Origin: an uncultured Saprospiraceae bacterium
GTDB lineage: Bacteria > Bacteroidota > Bacteroidia > Chitinophagales > Saprospiraceae
Reading direction: 5' to 3'
Length of the DNA: 64,000 bases
Assembly (NCBI GenBank): GCA_938016265.1
Contig: CALLWB010000040.1
Coordinates: 9,839-73,838 of the forward strand
Shown one piece after another: positions 46,701-55,240 of this stretch. The position numbers and the translations under genes are program-made. The notes under the pieces are model-generated. The model was not told the origin of the DNA. It did not search any database and was given only the letters and a program-made list of their open reading frames with translations. Within the stretch, counting starts at the first letter, position 1; every line of letters begins with the position of its first letter.

Positions 46701-49700
46701 GCTGCTCCAACCTCTGTGCCGTCTGGATAAGTTATGCTAAACACACTCGTTGTTGTCGTTCCTGTTGGTGCAATTAATGGAACAGATCCGTTGACACAAA
46801 GTCCTTCATTATCTACTATCGGTGCTGCAGGGCCAGGATTTACAATTAAAGTAAATTCAACACGGTTAACACTTATGCATCCTTGTGCATCTACACATTC
46901 TGCATAGTAATTGTAAGTACCTGCAGCCAAGTTGCTTGTATTTGTTGGGATAAAGGTCGCACCAACGCCTACCAAGGTTCCTGCACTAGGAGCAGTGTAC
47001 CAATTTACAGTGTTTGCTCCACAGAATGCTTCCAGAGCTGTAGTCTGGGTTTCACCTTCACAGATTTCTACATTATCTTCTGTTTTGAGTGGATCGGCTG
47101 GTGCATTTACAATTACAGTTACTAAATTAGACGTTGCCATACAACCCGATCCGGTAGTTACGATTACATAATAACTGCTAGTGATACTTGGTCCAACGTT
47201 TGGATTTTGATCATTAGATGCTAATACATCGTCTGTGCCTCCTATCATGTTGTCGGCTCCTGCGTAATACCAAGTATAGGTTGCGCCCATACCTGCATTG
47301 TCGGTAGTCAATAATTTAGTTTGTCCATTACAGATTGGAGTAGCATCGACCCCGGCAATTGCTGGCGGTGCAGGGTCAACTGCTATTGTGAATATCGTCG
47401 GTGCTCCAATACACAAGCTTCCTGTAACTTCTCTGACACTGAAGTCATACATTCCAGCTACTGTGTTATCAAATCCGTTGGTATTGGTGATGGTGAATGC
47501 TGCGGATGGTGGTCCTACTTCTGTGCCATCAGGATAAGTTATGGTGAATACGCTTGCCGTTGATGTCCCGGTCGGCACAATTGAAGGAACTGTTTCTCCT
47601 ACACATAATGCTTCACTATCTACAGTCGGGGCTTGGGGTTCTGGATTTACAATCAAAGTAAACTCAAGACGGTTGATGCTTGTACAACCCTGTGCATCTT
47701 CACATTCTGTAAAGTAGCTGTAGGTACCCGCTGCCAGATTGCTTGTATTTGCGGGAATAAAGGTCGATCCTGTTCCTAGTAAAACTCCTCCACTAGCTGC
47801 AGAGTACCAGTTGACTGTTGTTGATCCGCAGTTTGCTTCCAAAGGTGTGGTTAAGGTTTCTCCTTCACAGATTTCTACATTGTCGGTGATGGTTAGTGGG
47901 TCCGCTGGAGTTGTCAAGGTAACTGTGACTAAATTGGAGGTGGCTACACATCCATTTACGGAGGTTACAATTACATAATAACTGCTTGTAACACTTGGGC
48001 TGACACTTGGATTTTGGTCGTTGGACTCTAATATATCATCTGTTCCACCTATCATGTTATCTGCTCCTGCGTAGTACCAATCATAGGCTGCTCCCATCCC
48101 TGCATAATCTGCAGTCAACAATTTTGAATCTCCCATGCAAATTGGGGTGGCATCAACTCCTGCAACTGCAGGTGGGGTTGGGTTTACGGTTATTGTAAAT
48201 ATCGTCGGGAGGCCAGTACAGCTGCTTCCGGTAACTTCTCTTACACTAAAGTCATAGGTACCTGCAGTGGTATTATCAAATCCATTCGTATTTGTAATAG
48301 TGAATGTCGCTGCTGCTGCTCCGACTTCTGTTCCGTCAGGGTAGGTAATACTGAAAACGCTTGTCGTTGTTGTTCCAGTCGGTACTATTGAAGGAGCCAT
48401 TTCGTTTTCACAAATCTGCTCGTTGTCTACAGTTGGAGCGACAGGTGATGGATTTACTGTAAGGTTAAACTCCAGACGATTGTTACTAGTACATCCTTGG
48501 ATATCTTGACATTCTGCAAAATATACATAATTGCCTGCAGCTAGGTTACTGGTATTTGTAGGTATAAACGTTGGACCAGTTCCTAGTAAAACTCCTGCAC
48601 TCGCAGTGGTATACCAGTTGATGGACGCTCCGTTGCAACTTGCTTCGAAAGCTGTAGAAAGTGTTTCTCCCTCACAAATTTCCAGATTATCAGTTACCAC
48701 AACTGGATCGGTTGGAGTTGTTACTACTACGGTCACTAAGTTGGAAGTGGAGGAGCAATTATTAGCAGATGTTACGATGACATAATAACTGCTTGTTGTA
48801 ATTGGGCTAACATTTGGATTTTGTAGGTTGGACTCCAATACATCGTCAGTGCCTCCTATCATATTATCGGCTCCAGCATAAAACCAGCTATACCCGGTGC
48901 CATTCCCTCCATTGTCTGCAGTTAACAATTTGGTATCTCCAACACAGATTGGTGTTGCATCTGTTCCGGCAATTGCTGGTGGAGCATTGGTTACTGTTAT
49001 TGGTAAAATTGCTGGCTCTCCGATGCAGCTGTTGAGGACTTCCCTTACTTCGAAGGTGTAGGAGCCAGCCGTGTTAATATCTAATCCAGCAGTCGTCAAA
49101 TCCACATTTGTAAACGTTGCCTGTGGACCAACCGTGGAGCTTAGACCGATAAGGTTAAATGTACTTCCACTTGTTAATCCTATTGGAGAAAATGTGGCTG
49201 CATCTTCTCCAGCACAGAGGGTTTGATTTATTACTGTCGGTGCGTCCGGGGAAGGTTTTACCGTAAGGGTAAAGACTACTCTTGATGGACTCGTACAGCC
49301 AGAATTATCTTGGCATTCTGCATAATAATTGTAAGCGGCCGCGGGTAGATTACTTGTCGAAGGGGTAAATGTAGCTCCTGTTCCTAGCAGTGCTCCTCCG
49401 ATTGGAGCGTTGTACCAATTTACTGTTGATCCACTGCAAGCAGCTTCGAATGGAGTGGCCAGCAACTCTCTTTCACAAATTTCAAGGTTGTTTGTTACAA
49501 CGGTGGCTATTGTTGGAGTGTTTATGGTGACCGTGACCAGATTGGAGGTGGCTACACAACCGCTTGAAGAAGTTACTATAACATAATAGGAACTTGTCAT
49601 TGCTGGAGTAACTGTTGGGTTTTGGTTGTTCGATTCCAAAATATCGTCAGTTCCTCCAATGGTATTGTCTCCACCGGCATAAAACCAATCATATGTTGCA

Positions 49701-52700
49701 TTTGCTCCCGCGAAGTCAGCAGTGAGCAATTTGGATTGGCCTTCGCAAATTGGTGTTGGATCGACACCTGCAACAGCTGATGGATCCGGGTTGACGGTAA
49801 CACTAAATATTGCTGGTGGCCCAACGCAAGTACCGATTACTTCTACCACATTAAATTGATAGGAACCTGCAGTATTAACATTTAAACCAGCCATTACAAG
49901 GTCTGCATTATCGAAAGAAGGTTGTGGGCCGACAGAACCGGACAATCCTGTAATTGTAAAATTGCTTGTTTGAGAAGTGCCTGCAGGAATTACCATTGCA
50001 GCCATACCTCCGATACATATTTCTTGATTAGCTGCTGTTGGAGCAGGAGGCGTTTCATTCACGACAAGTGTAAAAGTAGTTCTGTTCATACTAATACATC
50101 CTTGACTATCCTGACATTCGGCAAAATAATCGTAGGTACCTGCAGCTAAGACACTTGTGCCAGCAGGAGTGAATGTAGTTCCTGAGCCGAGCAACAATCC
50201 AGCAGAAGCAGCTGAATACCAATTTACCGTAAGACTATTGCAATTTGCCTCAAATGCGGACGATACATTTTCTCCTTCACAAATTTCAAGATTGTTAGTA
50301 ACGATGATGGGATCTGCTGGTGCATTTACGGTTACTGTAAGTACGTTTGAGGTGCTTGTGCATCCTTCTGCTGAGGTTATAATTACATAGTATGAACTTG
50401 TTGTAATTGGAGAGACTGTTGGGTTTTGATCGTTGGATTCAAATACATCGTCCGCCCCTCCTATCGTATTGTCTGCTCCAGCATAATACCAGTCGTAATT
50501 AGCATTTGGTCCTGCGATGTCGGCAGTCAGTTGTTTGACATCTCCTATACAAATAGGATTTGGAGTTGTTCCAGCCACGGCAGACGGATCTGGATTTACT
50601 GTAATAGTAAGTGTTGCGGGATCGCTGATGCAGTCTCCGGCAACTTCTCGGATTGTATAGCTATAGGTGCCAGCCATCATATTGTTTAGACCAGCAGTGA
50701 TCAGATCACTATTCATAAAGGTCTGCTGAGGACCGATTGGCGCGCCATTCCCGGTCAAGGTAAACATACTCGTAGGTGAAGATCCAACCGGAACCACCTG
50801 ACTTACCATTCCTCCTATGCAAATCCCACTATTGGTGACCGTTGGAACATCTGGATTCTCTAGTATTGTTAAGGTTATTGGAGTTCTATTACTGCTTTCG
50901 CAGGTCGTTGATGGGTCTACGCATGTAATGTAGTAGGTATAGGTGTTTGCAAGTAATGTTGCGACACCTGGAACAGTATATTGATCGCCTTGATTAATAA
51001 CATTTCCAGCAGTTGGTGCGTCGTACCAATAGACAGTTCCCATTGTACAACTGGCTTCTAAGGGAGCAGCCAGCATCGCTCCTTCGCAAATTGTTTCTTC
51101 ATTGACAACGGTTGCGTCTGGAATACTAATAACAGAAATAGTAGTAGAAACAGGCATATTGGAAACGCATAAACTTGTAGAGACCAAAGTCATTGTGTAA
51201 GTAGTTCCATCATCTGTCTGAGTAGTTGTAAATGTATAGTTTTGATCAGTAGAAACCAGGGTATTGGTTCCGTCTCTCCATTCATAGGTTGCACCTTGTA
51301 CGGTAGGTGTTGTGAGTGTAATATCGTCTCCTACACATACGGGGCCATCATTGGTAGGCGCGGGAATAATATTGTCCTGTACTTCAATCGAAAATGCGCC
51401 AGGATCTCCAGTACAATTTCCTTGATTTGTAAGTGTTTCGGTAATTGAAAAATTGTAGATATCAACGACAGCTGGATTTAAACCAGCAGTCACCAAATCT
51501 GCATTTGTAAACGTAGCCTGAGGGCCAACAGATGTTGTTGGGCCTGTGATGGTAAATGTGCTACCTAATTGTCCTAGTGGAATAATATTATCTGCGGTGC
51601 CACCAATACAAATTTGTTGATTTGCGACCATCGGTGCCGCTGGTGTTTCGAAGACGATTAAATCTACCGCCACCCGATCACTTACACAAACACCTCCGGG
51701 ATCTTGGTTTTCAACATAATAGGTGTACGGGCTATTGGAAGCAAGAAACCCTCCTGCTGGAGTTGGAGGTGTATAACTTGTCCCAGTTGCTAAAATTGCT
51801 TCTCCCATTGTTGGTGTTGGGTTGGCATACCAATTTAGGTTGGTGATAACGGTGGCTGAACCCATCGCCATTAAGGTAGGCGTATTGTCTCCTTCACACA
51901 TTTCTGCCCCTGTAACTGTTGGAAGTTCAACATCAATTATCGTAATGGAAATAAAATTAGAAGGGTCAGAAGAACAGACTCCTCGAATCACTCCGCTCAT
52001 ATCTTCATATTCATAGCTTACTATTACGTAGTAAGTATGAATGTTTGAAAAATTGGATGCTAGGTGGGTAAAGGTATTTGCAGTTGTACTACCAATAGAA
52101 ATATCGGCAGCGCTCACCATATTATTGCCATCTATGTCTACAATCCATTCATAGGTTGGATTTACCAGGGTGTAACCAGGCAAGCCATTGTTTTGAGTAA
52201 CATCATCTGCTGTCAATACTAAATCTTCTCCTTCGCAGATTGGGTTTGGTGCTCCAATGTTAATGTCTGGTCTAGGGAAAATGGTAATGTTAACTTGTGC
52301 TGCAGGGCTTTCGCAGTATTTTGAGTTTGGTGGATTATTTACAATCTCGATTACTTCAGTTACATCAAACGTGTACACACCTGGCACCGTCGCATCAAAG
52401 TAGGAAGTAAACATTGGAGTTTGTAAATCAAATCCATTTTGATAAGTTGGGTTTATTGGAGTTGTGGTATTTCCAACTTGATAGATATTATGCAGGTTGG
52501 GTGCTGGAAGTGTTGAGGTTGGTAGTATCTCAATTGGGCCTGTTTCATCCTGGCAAGCGTAAAGATCGATGACTCCAGGAGCAGGTGGCCCAGCGACCAC
52601 CACCAATTGAACAGGTATTCGCTGACTAATACAATTATTGCCGTCCACACATTCAAAATAATAGGAATAAACACCCGCATTTAAAGTCTGGGCTGAAATA

Positions 52701-55240
52701 GGTAAAAATGGCACTCCCGGCGCGGTTTGAGCCAAGAAGGTGGTTCCATTCTGATCGTACCAATTGGTTTGTCCGCCGCAATTTGAAGTTATCCCTTCAT
52801 TTGAAGAGATAAGGTCCCCTTCGCACATAGTGAACCCAGTTCCTATTGGAAGATCTGGTCTGCTTAGCGTAATTTCAATGCTACTTTCTACCGGACAAAA
52901 TGGGATACCACTTGGCAGTGGATATTCGGTGCCCATAATATATTCTATATCGATAGTTGTTTGACCAGGGTTCGTAAGCAATCCATCCAGAATTGAACCA
53001 GGAATAGAGTGAACACTATTTGCAGGTGTCACTAAATCCGGTTGATTTATGATGCCTGCTACTCCAGAGAAGGTGCCTGGTTGATTGACTGTTGGAGGGA
53101 CAACTGATTCTAGCAATGTTGTTAGATCTAAATCTGCTGTAGGATTTGATGGATCGCTTGACAAGCATAGGGTAAAATCATCAATAAGTGACGGATTGTT
53201 GTCTGGGTGTACTACATAAGTTTGATAGAACGTACAGCCTATTCCATCTTCTATTGCTACAGAGAATGGAGTAGGTTGATCTACTATTATGTTTAGAAAA
53301 TAATAAGGATAATTCCCACCAGCAACTTCAATAGGTCCTTGTATTGGGGTATCTCCATTTTCGAAGGATTCGCCATCATTAAAAAGAAAAATAGAATATG
53401 GAGAATTTCCATTCGGTGTACTGTTTGTAGCTAAGTCATATTCATCAGGATCAAAACCTCCTGATACATATTCAATAATGAGCTCATTGATATTCGTACA
53501 TTCATCCTCTGCTCCTTCAATTTCAAAGTCTTCAGTGACTGCTATGTGGCAAGGGAAGGATACGTCTACATCGTGGCAAGGGTCCGTAGGATTTGTGTAA
53601 GGTATCAACGTGCCGCCAGGAGTTGGAGCCATAACTCCTGTTGTTGGGTCGTAGTTTATCGCATAGTATGGATAACCATTTCCAGGGAGTAAACTTGATA
53701 CATCAAAAATTCCAGTTGGGCTGACTTGAGTGATGGTAGTCCCGAAAATGTCCATAAGGACGTAAACAGTGGTCAATGCTGGATTAATTCCTGAGGAAGG
53801 TCTTGCTTCATGCATCGTGTTTCCTGGGCAGGCATAATCTACACAGGAACAATGACCAAATGGACCAAACTGTTCGATTTGTGGCAAGCAACGCACTTCG
53901 AAATTTTCAAAAAATGCTCCGAAATTATAAATTTGTTGTCCGTCACCGATGAGCTCGATGTCAGTAAAAACGATCACTTGATCACCTGCGTCTACATTTC
54001 CAAATGTAGTTCCACCGATAAAAAGTTCATCAATATCTTCAACAATCACTCGTCCGTCTTCTGGCCATGGACCACCAAGGGCGGTGATGGTGATATCTAC
54101 AATTACCAGATCGTCGTCTGGATCGAATCCACCATATATTTCATCATCAATAAACGGTTCACAAGATTTTACGGTGACGTCGATTTGCATTTCCGGGTAA
54201 ACGGTAAGTGTCGCAAGTGAGGGCTCGCTTTCACATCCATTCATTAGGCTATTCACTGTTTCTGCTTTATCCGGAAAAATAATCGGTCCACCACTGCAGA
54301 AGCAAGTCACATAAAAATTATATACTCCTGGTATGTTTGGGTCTACTATACCACTGACTATTGGGTCAAAGGATAGTCCTGAGCCTACTGGATTATTGTA
54401 ATCTGGATTCCCCGGATTATTAGGATCTTCTGGATACCAGGTTTCGCCGACCAAACTCGCTGCGTTGGTCTTTAGGTTTGGAATGCCACCACAAGGTCCA
54501 CAGCTACCAACTACCAATTCGGCTGTCGTTGCACCGGGGCAAACAGAAAGGGAATTAACTTTCGGTCCAGGGGGAGGAGGGTCGAGAAAGAAAAAGCAAG
54601 AAGCAGTATTTATACATTCACCATTGACAGAAGTTAAGGTGTATTCTAAATCATAAAATCCGGTTTGCATTTGCGATACATCAAGTTGGTTATTAGCGGT
54701 CACAAATGAAGAAGCGCTCCCTGACCAAGTGGCAGTTGGTCCACCATTTATAGCACTAGCCGCATTCAAATCAATAGGATTTAGGTCATACAAACCAATG
54801 CCTCCAGTACAAACAAGAGTTGGGCAATCAAATTCAGGAACAGGGTAAGCGTCTATTTCGAAGGAGGTGGCGACTCTGACACTCTGCCCTCCGGTACAGG
54901 CACATTCTGCGTAGAATGTGTAGATTCCAGGTCCTAGATTTCCAGAGTTTGCGGGGTTGCCGGTTGCAATTAGGTTTCCACCTGCTGGAGCGTCATACCA
55001 GTTGAGGGTTGGATTTCCACCTGGAAGAGTTCCTACTGTACAAGTGCAGGGATCTGCAAACAAAGATACAGATGTCGGGAGTGCTGCGTTTATTGTACCT
55101 GAAAACTCACAATCATTTCCACTGTTTGATACATTCGTTGGCGTGATACCAACTTGGGCAAACGTTGCCGTGGTAAATAAGATAGAGATAAATACTATAA
55201 TTTGCATTGGTTTTCTCATAGCCTCGAATTTCGGTTTCAA
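37757..55240 (-). CDS. giant (5827 aa) Ig-like-repeat cell-surface adhesin with a T9SS type-B (gliding-motility-associated) C-terminal domain
   Basis: It is a single 17,484-nt ORF with the signal peptide MRKPMQIIVFISILFTTATFAQ. The body is dozens of Cys-containing Ig-like modules. The C-terminus is CYIPNIITPGVDGHNDEFIIPCL...VFNRWGDKVFES...WKGTYNNEDLPQGTYYYIL. Confidence 0.9.
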   Translation of the reverse strand: MKPKFEAMRKPMQIIVFISILFTTATFAQVGITPTNVSNSGNDCEFSGTINAALPTSVSLFADPCTCTVGTLPGGNPTLNWYDAPAGGNLIATGNPANSGNLGPGIYTFYAECACTGGQSVRVATSFEIDAYPVPEFDCPTLVCTGGIGLYDLNPIDLNAASAINGGPTATWSGSASSFVTANNQLDVSQMQTGFYDLEYTLTSVNGECINTASCFFFLDPPPPGPKVNSLSVCPGATTAELVVGSCGPCGGIPNLKTNAASLVGETWYPEDPNNPGNPDYNNPVGSGLSFDPIVSGIVDPNIPGVYNFYVTCFCSGGPIIFPDKAETVNSLMNGCESEPSLATLTVYPEMQIDVTVKSCEPFIDDEIYGGFDPDDDLVIVDITITALGGPWPEDGRVIVEDIDELFIGGTTFGNVDAGDQVIVFTDIELIGDGQQIYNFGAFFENFEVRCLPQIEQFGPFGHCSCVDYACPGNTMHEARPSSGINPALTTVYVLMDIFGTTITQVSPTGIFDVSSLLPGNGYPYYAINYDPTTGVMAPTPGGTLIPYTNPTDPCHDVDVSFPCHIAVTEDFEIEGAEDECTNINELIIEYVSGGFDPDEYDLATNSTPNGNSPYSIFLFNDGESFENGDTPIQGPIEVAGGNYPYYFLNIIVDQPTPFSVAIEDGIGCTFYQTYVVHPDNNPSLIDDFTLCLSSDPSNPTADLDLTTLLESVVPPTVNQPGTFSGVAGIINQPDLVTPANSVHSIPGSILDGLLTNPGQTTIDIEYIMGTEYPLPSGIPFCPVESSIEITLSRPDLPIGTGFTMCEGDLISSNEGITSNCGGQTNWYDQNGTTFLAQTAPGVPFLPISAQTLNAGVYSYYFECVDGNNCISQRIPVQLVVVAGPPAPGVIDLYACQDETGPIEILPTSTLPAPNLHNIYQVGNTTTPINPTYQNGFDLQTPMFTSYFDATVPGVYTFDVTEVIEIVNNPPNSKYCESPAAQVNITIFPRPDINIGAPNPICEGEDLVLTADDVTQNNGLPGYTLVNPTYEWIVDIDGNNMVSAADISIGSTTANTFTHLASNFSNIHTYYVIVSYEYEDMSGVIRGVCSSDPSNFISITIIDVELPTVTGAEMCEGDNTPTLMAMGSATVITNLNWYANPTPTMGEAILATGTSYTPPTPAGGFLASNSPYTYYVENQDPGGVCVSDRVAVDLIVFETPAAPMVANQQICIGGTADNIIPLGQLGSTFTITGPTTSVGPQATFTNADLVTAGLNPAVVDIYNFSITETLTNQGNCTGDPGAFSIEVQDNIIPAPTNDGPVCVGDDITLTTPTVQGATYEWRDGTNTLVSTDQNYTFTTTQTDDGTTYTMTLVSTSLCVSNMPVSTTISVISIPDATVVNEETICEGAMLAAPLEASCTMGTVYWYDAPTAGNVINQGDQYTVPGVATLLANTYTYYITCVDPSTTCESSNRTPITLTILENPDVPTVTNSGICIGGMVSQVVPVGSSPTSMFTLTGNGAPIGPQQTFMNSDLITAGLNNMMAGTYSYTIREVAGDCISDPATLTITVNPDPSAVAGTTPNPICIGDVKQLTADIAGPNANYDWYYAGADNTIGGADDVFESNDQNPTVSPITTSSYYVIITSAEGCTSTSNVLTVTVNAPADPIIVTNNLEICEGENVSSAFEANCNSLTVNWYSAASAGLLLGSGTTFTPAGTSVLAAGTYDYFAECQDSQGCISMNRTTFTLVVNETPPAPTAANQEICIGGMAAMVIPAGTSQTSNFTITGLSGSVGPQPSFDNADLVMAGLNVNTAGSYQFNVVEVIGTCVGPPAIFSVTVNPDPSAVAGVDPTPICEGQSKLLTADFAGANATYDWFYAGGDNTIGGTDDILESNNQNPTVTPAMTSSYYVIVTSSSGCVATSNLVTVTINTPTIATVVTNNLEICERELLATPFEAACSGSTVNWYNAPIGGALLGTGATFTPSTSNLPAAAYNYYAECQDNSGCTSPSRVVFTLTVKPSPDAPTVINQTLCAGEDAATFSPIGLTSGSTFNLIGLSSTVGPQATFTNVDLTTAGLDINTAGSYTFEVREVLNSCIGEPAILPITVTNAPPAIAGTDATPICVGDTKLLTADNGGNGTGYSWFYAGADNMIGGTDDVLESNLQNPNVSPITTSSYYVIVTSANNCSSTSNLVTVVVTTPTDPVVVTDNLEICEGETLSTAFEASCNGASINWYTTASAGVLLGTGPTFIPTNTSNLAAGNYVYFAECQDIQGCTSNNRLEFNLTVNPSPVAPTVDNEQICENEMAPSIVPTGTTTTSVFSITYPDGTEVGAAAATFTITNTNGFDNTTAGTYDFSVREVTGSSCTGLPTIFTITVNPTPPAVAGVDATPICMGDSKLLTADYAGMGAAYDWYYAGADNMIGGTDDILESNDQNPSVSPSVTSSYYVIVTSVNGCVATSNLVTVTLTTPADPLTITDNVEICEGETLTTPLEANCGSTTVNWYSAASGGVLLGTGSTFIPANTSNLAAGTYSYFTECEDAQGCTSINRLEFTLIVNPEPQAPTVDSEALCVGETVPSIVPTGTSTASVFTITYPDGTEVGPPSAAFTITNTNGFDNTVAGMYDFSVREVTGSLCIGAPTIFTIAVDPAPPAIAGVDATPICNGQTKLLTTDNAGMGATYTWYYAGADNMIGGTDDVLASNDQNPNVGPSITSSYYVIVTTGSGCMATSNLVTVIVNAPADPLKTEDNVEICEGETQTTALEAFCGANTVNWYTAPSAGTLVGVGATFIPTNTSNLAAGTYNYYAECVDAQGCISVNRVEFTLIVNPGPAAPIVDNEGLCVNGSVPLIAPTGTTTTSVFSITYPDGTEVGAAAATFTITNTNGFDNSVAGTYDFSVREVTVSGCIGLPAIFMITVDPTPPAVAGADATPICNGQTKLLTADNGGMGATYDWYYAGADNMIGGTDDVLESTDQNPNVGPSITSSYYVIVTTASGCTATSNLVSVTVNAPADPTTVIDNLEICEGETLAAALEADCGSTTVNWYSAASGGTLLGTGTTFIPTNTSNLAAGTYSYFAECEDAQGCMSVNRLEFTLIVNPGPGAPIVDNEGLCVDATVPLIAPTGTTTTSIFSITYPDGTEVGTTAATFTITNTNGFDNAIAGVYDFSVREVTGSGCIGAPAIFTITVDPIPPAIAGVDATPICNGQTKLLTADNAGMGAVYTWYFAGVDNMIGGTDDVLESNDQNPNIGPSITSSYYVIVTSASGCTATSNLVSITVNAPANPITVTDNLEICEGETLATALEADCGSTTVNWYSAASGGTLLGTGTTFIPTNTSNLAAGTYSYFAECEDAQGCMSVTRLEFILIVNPGPAAPIVGNEGLCVGESVPLITPTGTTTTSVFSITYPDGTEVGTAAATFTITNTNGFDNMLAGVYDFSVREVTGSGCIGLPAIFTITVDPTPPAVAGVDATPICNGQTKLLTADNGGMGATYDWYYAGADNMIGGTDDVLESTDQNPNVGPIITSSYYVIVTTASGCTATSNLVSVTVNAPANPTTVTDNLEICEGETLAAALEADCGLTTVNWYSAASGGTLLGTGTTFIPTNTSNLAAGTYSYFAECEDAQGCISITRLEFVLIVNPGPATPIVDNEGICAGESVPLIAPTGTTTTSVFSITYPDGTEVGTAAATFTITNTNGFDNTQAGVYDFSVREVTGNGCIGLPAIFTITVDPTPPAVAGVDATPICNGQTKLLTADNGGVGATYDWYYAGADNMIGGTDDVLESTDQNPNVGPSITSSYYVIVTTASGCTATSNLVSVTVNAPADPTTVTDNLEICEGETLATALEADCGAMTVNWYSAASGGILLGTGTTFIPTNTSNLAAGTYSYFAECEDAQGCMSVARLEFTLIVNPEPGVPTVGNEELCIGDVVPKIVPLGSTTTSNFTITYPDGTEVGPIASIFTIANTNGFDATIAGVYNFSVIEVTNNSCVGQSSPFTITVNGTPSAVAGVSPTPICSGQSQQLNADNAGVGAVYDWYYAGSDGAIGGGDDVLESTDQNPVVMPVVTSTYYFIVTSASGCIATSNLVTVTLNIIADAASVTNNLEICSGETLTTPFEADCGAASVNWYDSASGGVLLSTGATFIPINTSSLAAGTYNFFAECEDVLGCTSSNRLAFILTVYPVPGAPAVVNETICLGGTPTLVTPTGSTGASVFNIYGPSSLAPLQTNQSAFDLTDVEFATDFDNTAAGVYPFSISEVSTDGCEGAPANYAVTVSDKPMLPAPNNDGPICIGNDVQLTTGTITNATYSWYDDVPDYTDLSLNLISTQQNPMLSNATIATEGTYYVIVNVNGCLSDPGSTFVDIIELVEPANPVGQSICEGQSLVDPLEVDPCSAGGMVTWWDAPSGGNQVGTGETYFPNNTITLTQGTYTYYAQCIDVNGCTSLRIPVDLEVTPKPDTPTISTNAPICEGEDLILTTSDVPGATYQWVGPLGGSASTLMDPLLTTTTSSTTITDTDVPYLPGDWSVQVVINGCVSELSPPVTVTINPIPVATATNNGPICPGEEVQLFAGNVPGATYEWTEAGSTVIVSTEQNPIIFNLQSDQSYELIVNLNGCPSPVAQTSVTVNALPIALPLAAYSLNMDCSPADLTLTANATGSAPLSYEWIGPNSFVSNAENPVIPNAVPANNGSYTLIVTDVNGCQTTEVTNVISDIPNPVAQPVIASTGPTCEGETIVLTVPVYSGSSVTYTWNTPSLVNVTGENTNEITISPVDSTMHEGAYSITVVVDGCELTSSVYDLDVYVLPEVFPISTTTDICEGGTLELFANSVNGVTYSWTGPNGFTSNAENPVISNVTVANNGGYTLVVTSVSGCPVSESVTVSNIISTPVTPSITTNSPVCIDENISLNIQQVYVGAAINYSWINGAGTIIGVGSSLTIAANDVDAISPYSVQVTVDGCVSDVSAPANVIVNPLPNATASNNGPICEGDAVQLFAGNVPGASYEWRESGSPTIISTTQNPTIFNVSTNTTYELTVVSNGCTSDPLTTTTVTINPLPIISNISGAGTYCEGESVTLSADNLVTTGMTNVTYTWTGPGGFSFTSTTVAAGPFDVVINNLNASDAGTYSLVLESDDGCISVGSTVIIAIDPAPATPTITSNGPLCAGDVLQLSTTPYSGTTVVYEWFFNGSSVGTTPIPNFTAPGVTTADAGTYTMQVSVEGCVSLTSNSVLLMVGDPQMPAPTAIDTTVCAGETVSLSSGILADGYQWTGPGGFSSTVANPIITNTTSFSGGTYSLVITEDGCDSPAGTIDIFVTAVPTTPTVDNSSPSCAGSNVILEVTSGFGGPSAVYQWFESGSNAPLGPPSTSSDFTLQNITVAEQGGYFVIVTDNGCSSLPSNDTQIVINNNPGDAADAGTDITICGGNTTNLEASVPIGTGIWSTNSPGVSVIAPTDPQSLVTGLSEGTHVFTWTISNGTCINYDSDDVTVIVTDVAADVAFAGLNQEWCDTTATALEGATNFTDPDVVGVWSQSSVQINTGVVIVDPTNPNTEITGLYNNDGTGSGSVTFTFTWTLSNGVCGEFDSDEVLVTIYDNPLDVAYAGEDITLCGDMIVLEADPFTVGTGLWISPTPGVNIVSPEEPTTIVDNLAIGENVFVWILSNGACADYSSDAVLITYEEPVSSSELSLMDDIVFVEFNTIKDTLPIFDNDLMDPDLQEANAELLDGGDHGKVRIDDDGAFSYTPDNNYLGNDSFLYSVCATNSCGTYCDTATVEIKIGVEGTDCYIPNIITPGVDGHNDEFIIPCLINYPNNKLMVFNRWGDKVFESAPYNNDWKGTYNNEDLPQGTYYYILIPDREINDRQAGFLSIHR
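42798..50860 (-). repeat. about 10 tandem coding repeats of ~807 bp (269 codons) inside the giant adhesin gene
   Basis: Equivalent unit boundaries (complement of ...IVNPGP) fall at 42798, 43605, 44412, 45219, 46026, 46833, 47640 and 48447, exactly 807 bp apart. The next boundaries are at about 49251, 50049 and 50849. Confidence 0.9.

Noticed and set aside
42699-50390. A series of plus-strand ORFs of 66-145 aa recurring about every 807 bp
   Set aside because: They lie antisense to the giant adhesin ORF and simply echo its tandem repeats. Their sequences are low-complexity (V/P/A/S-rich) and they have no independent start context.
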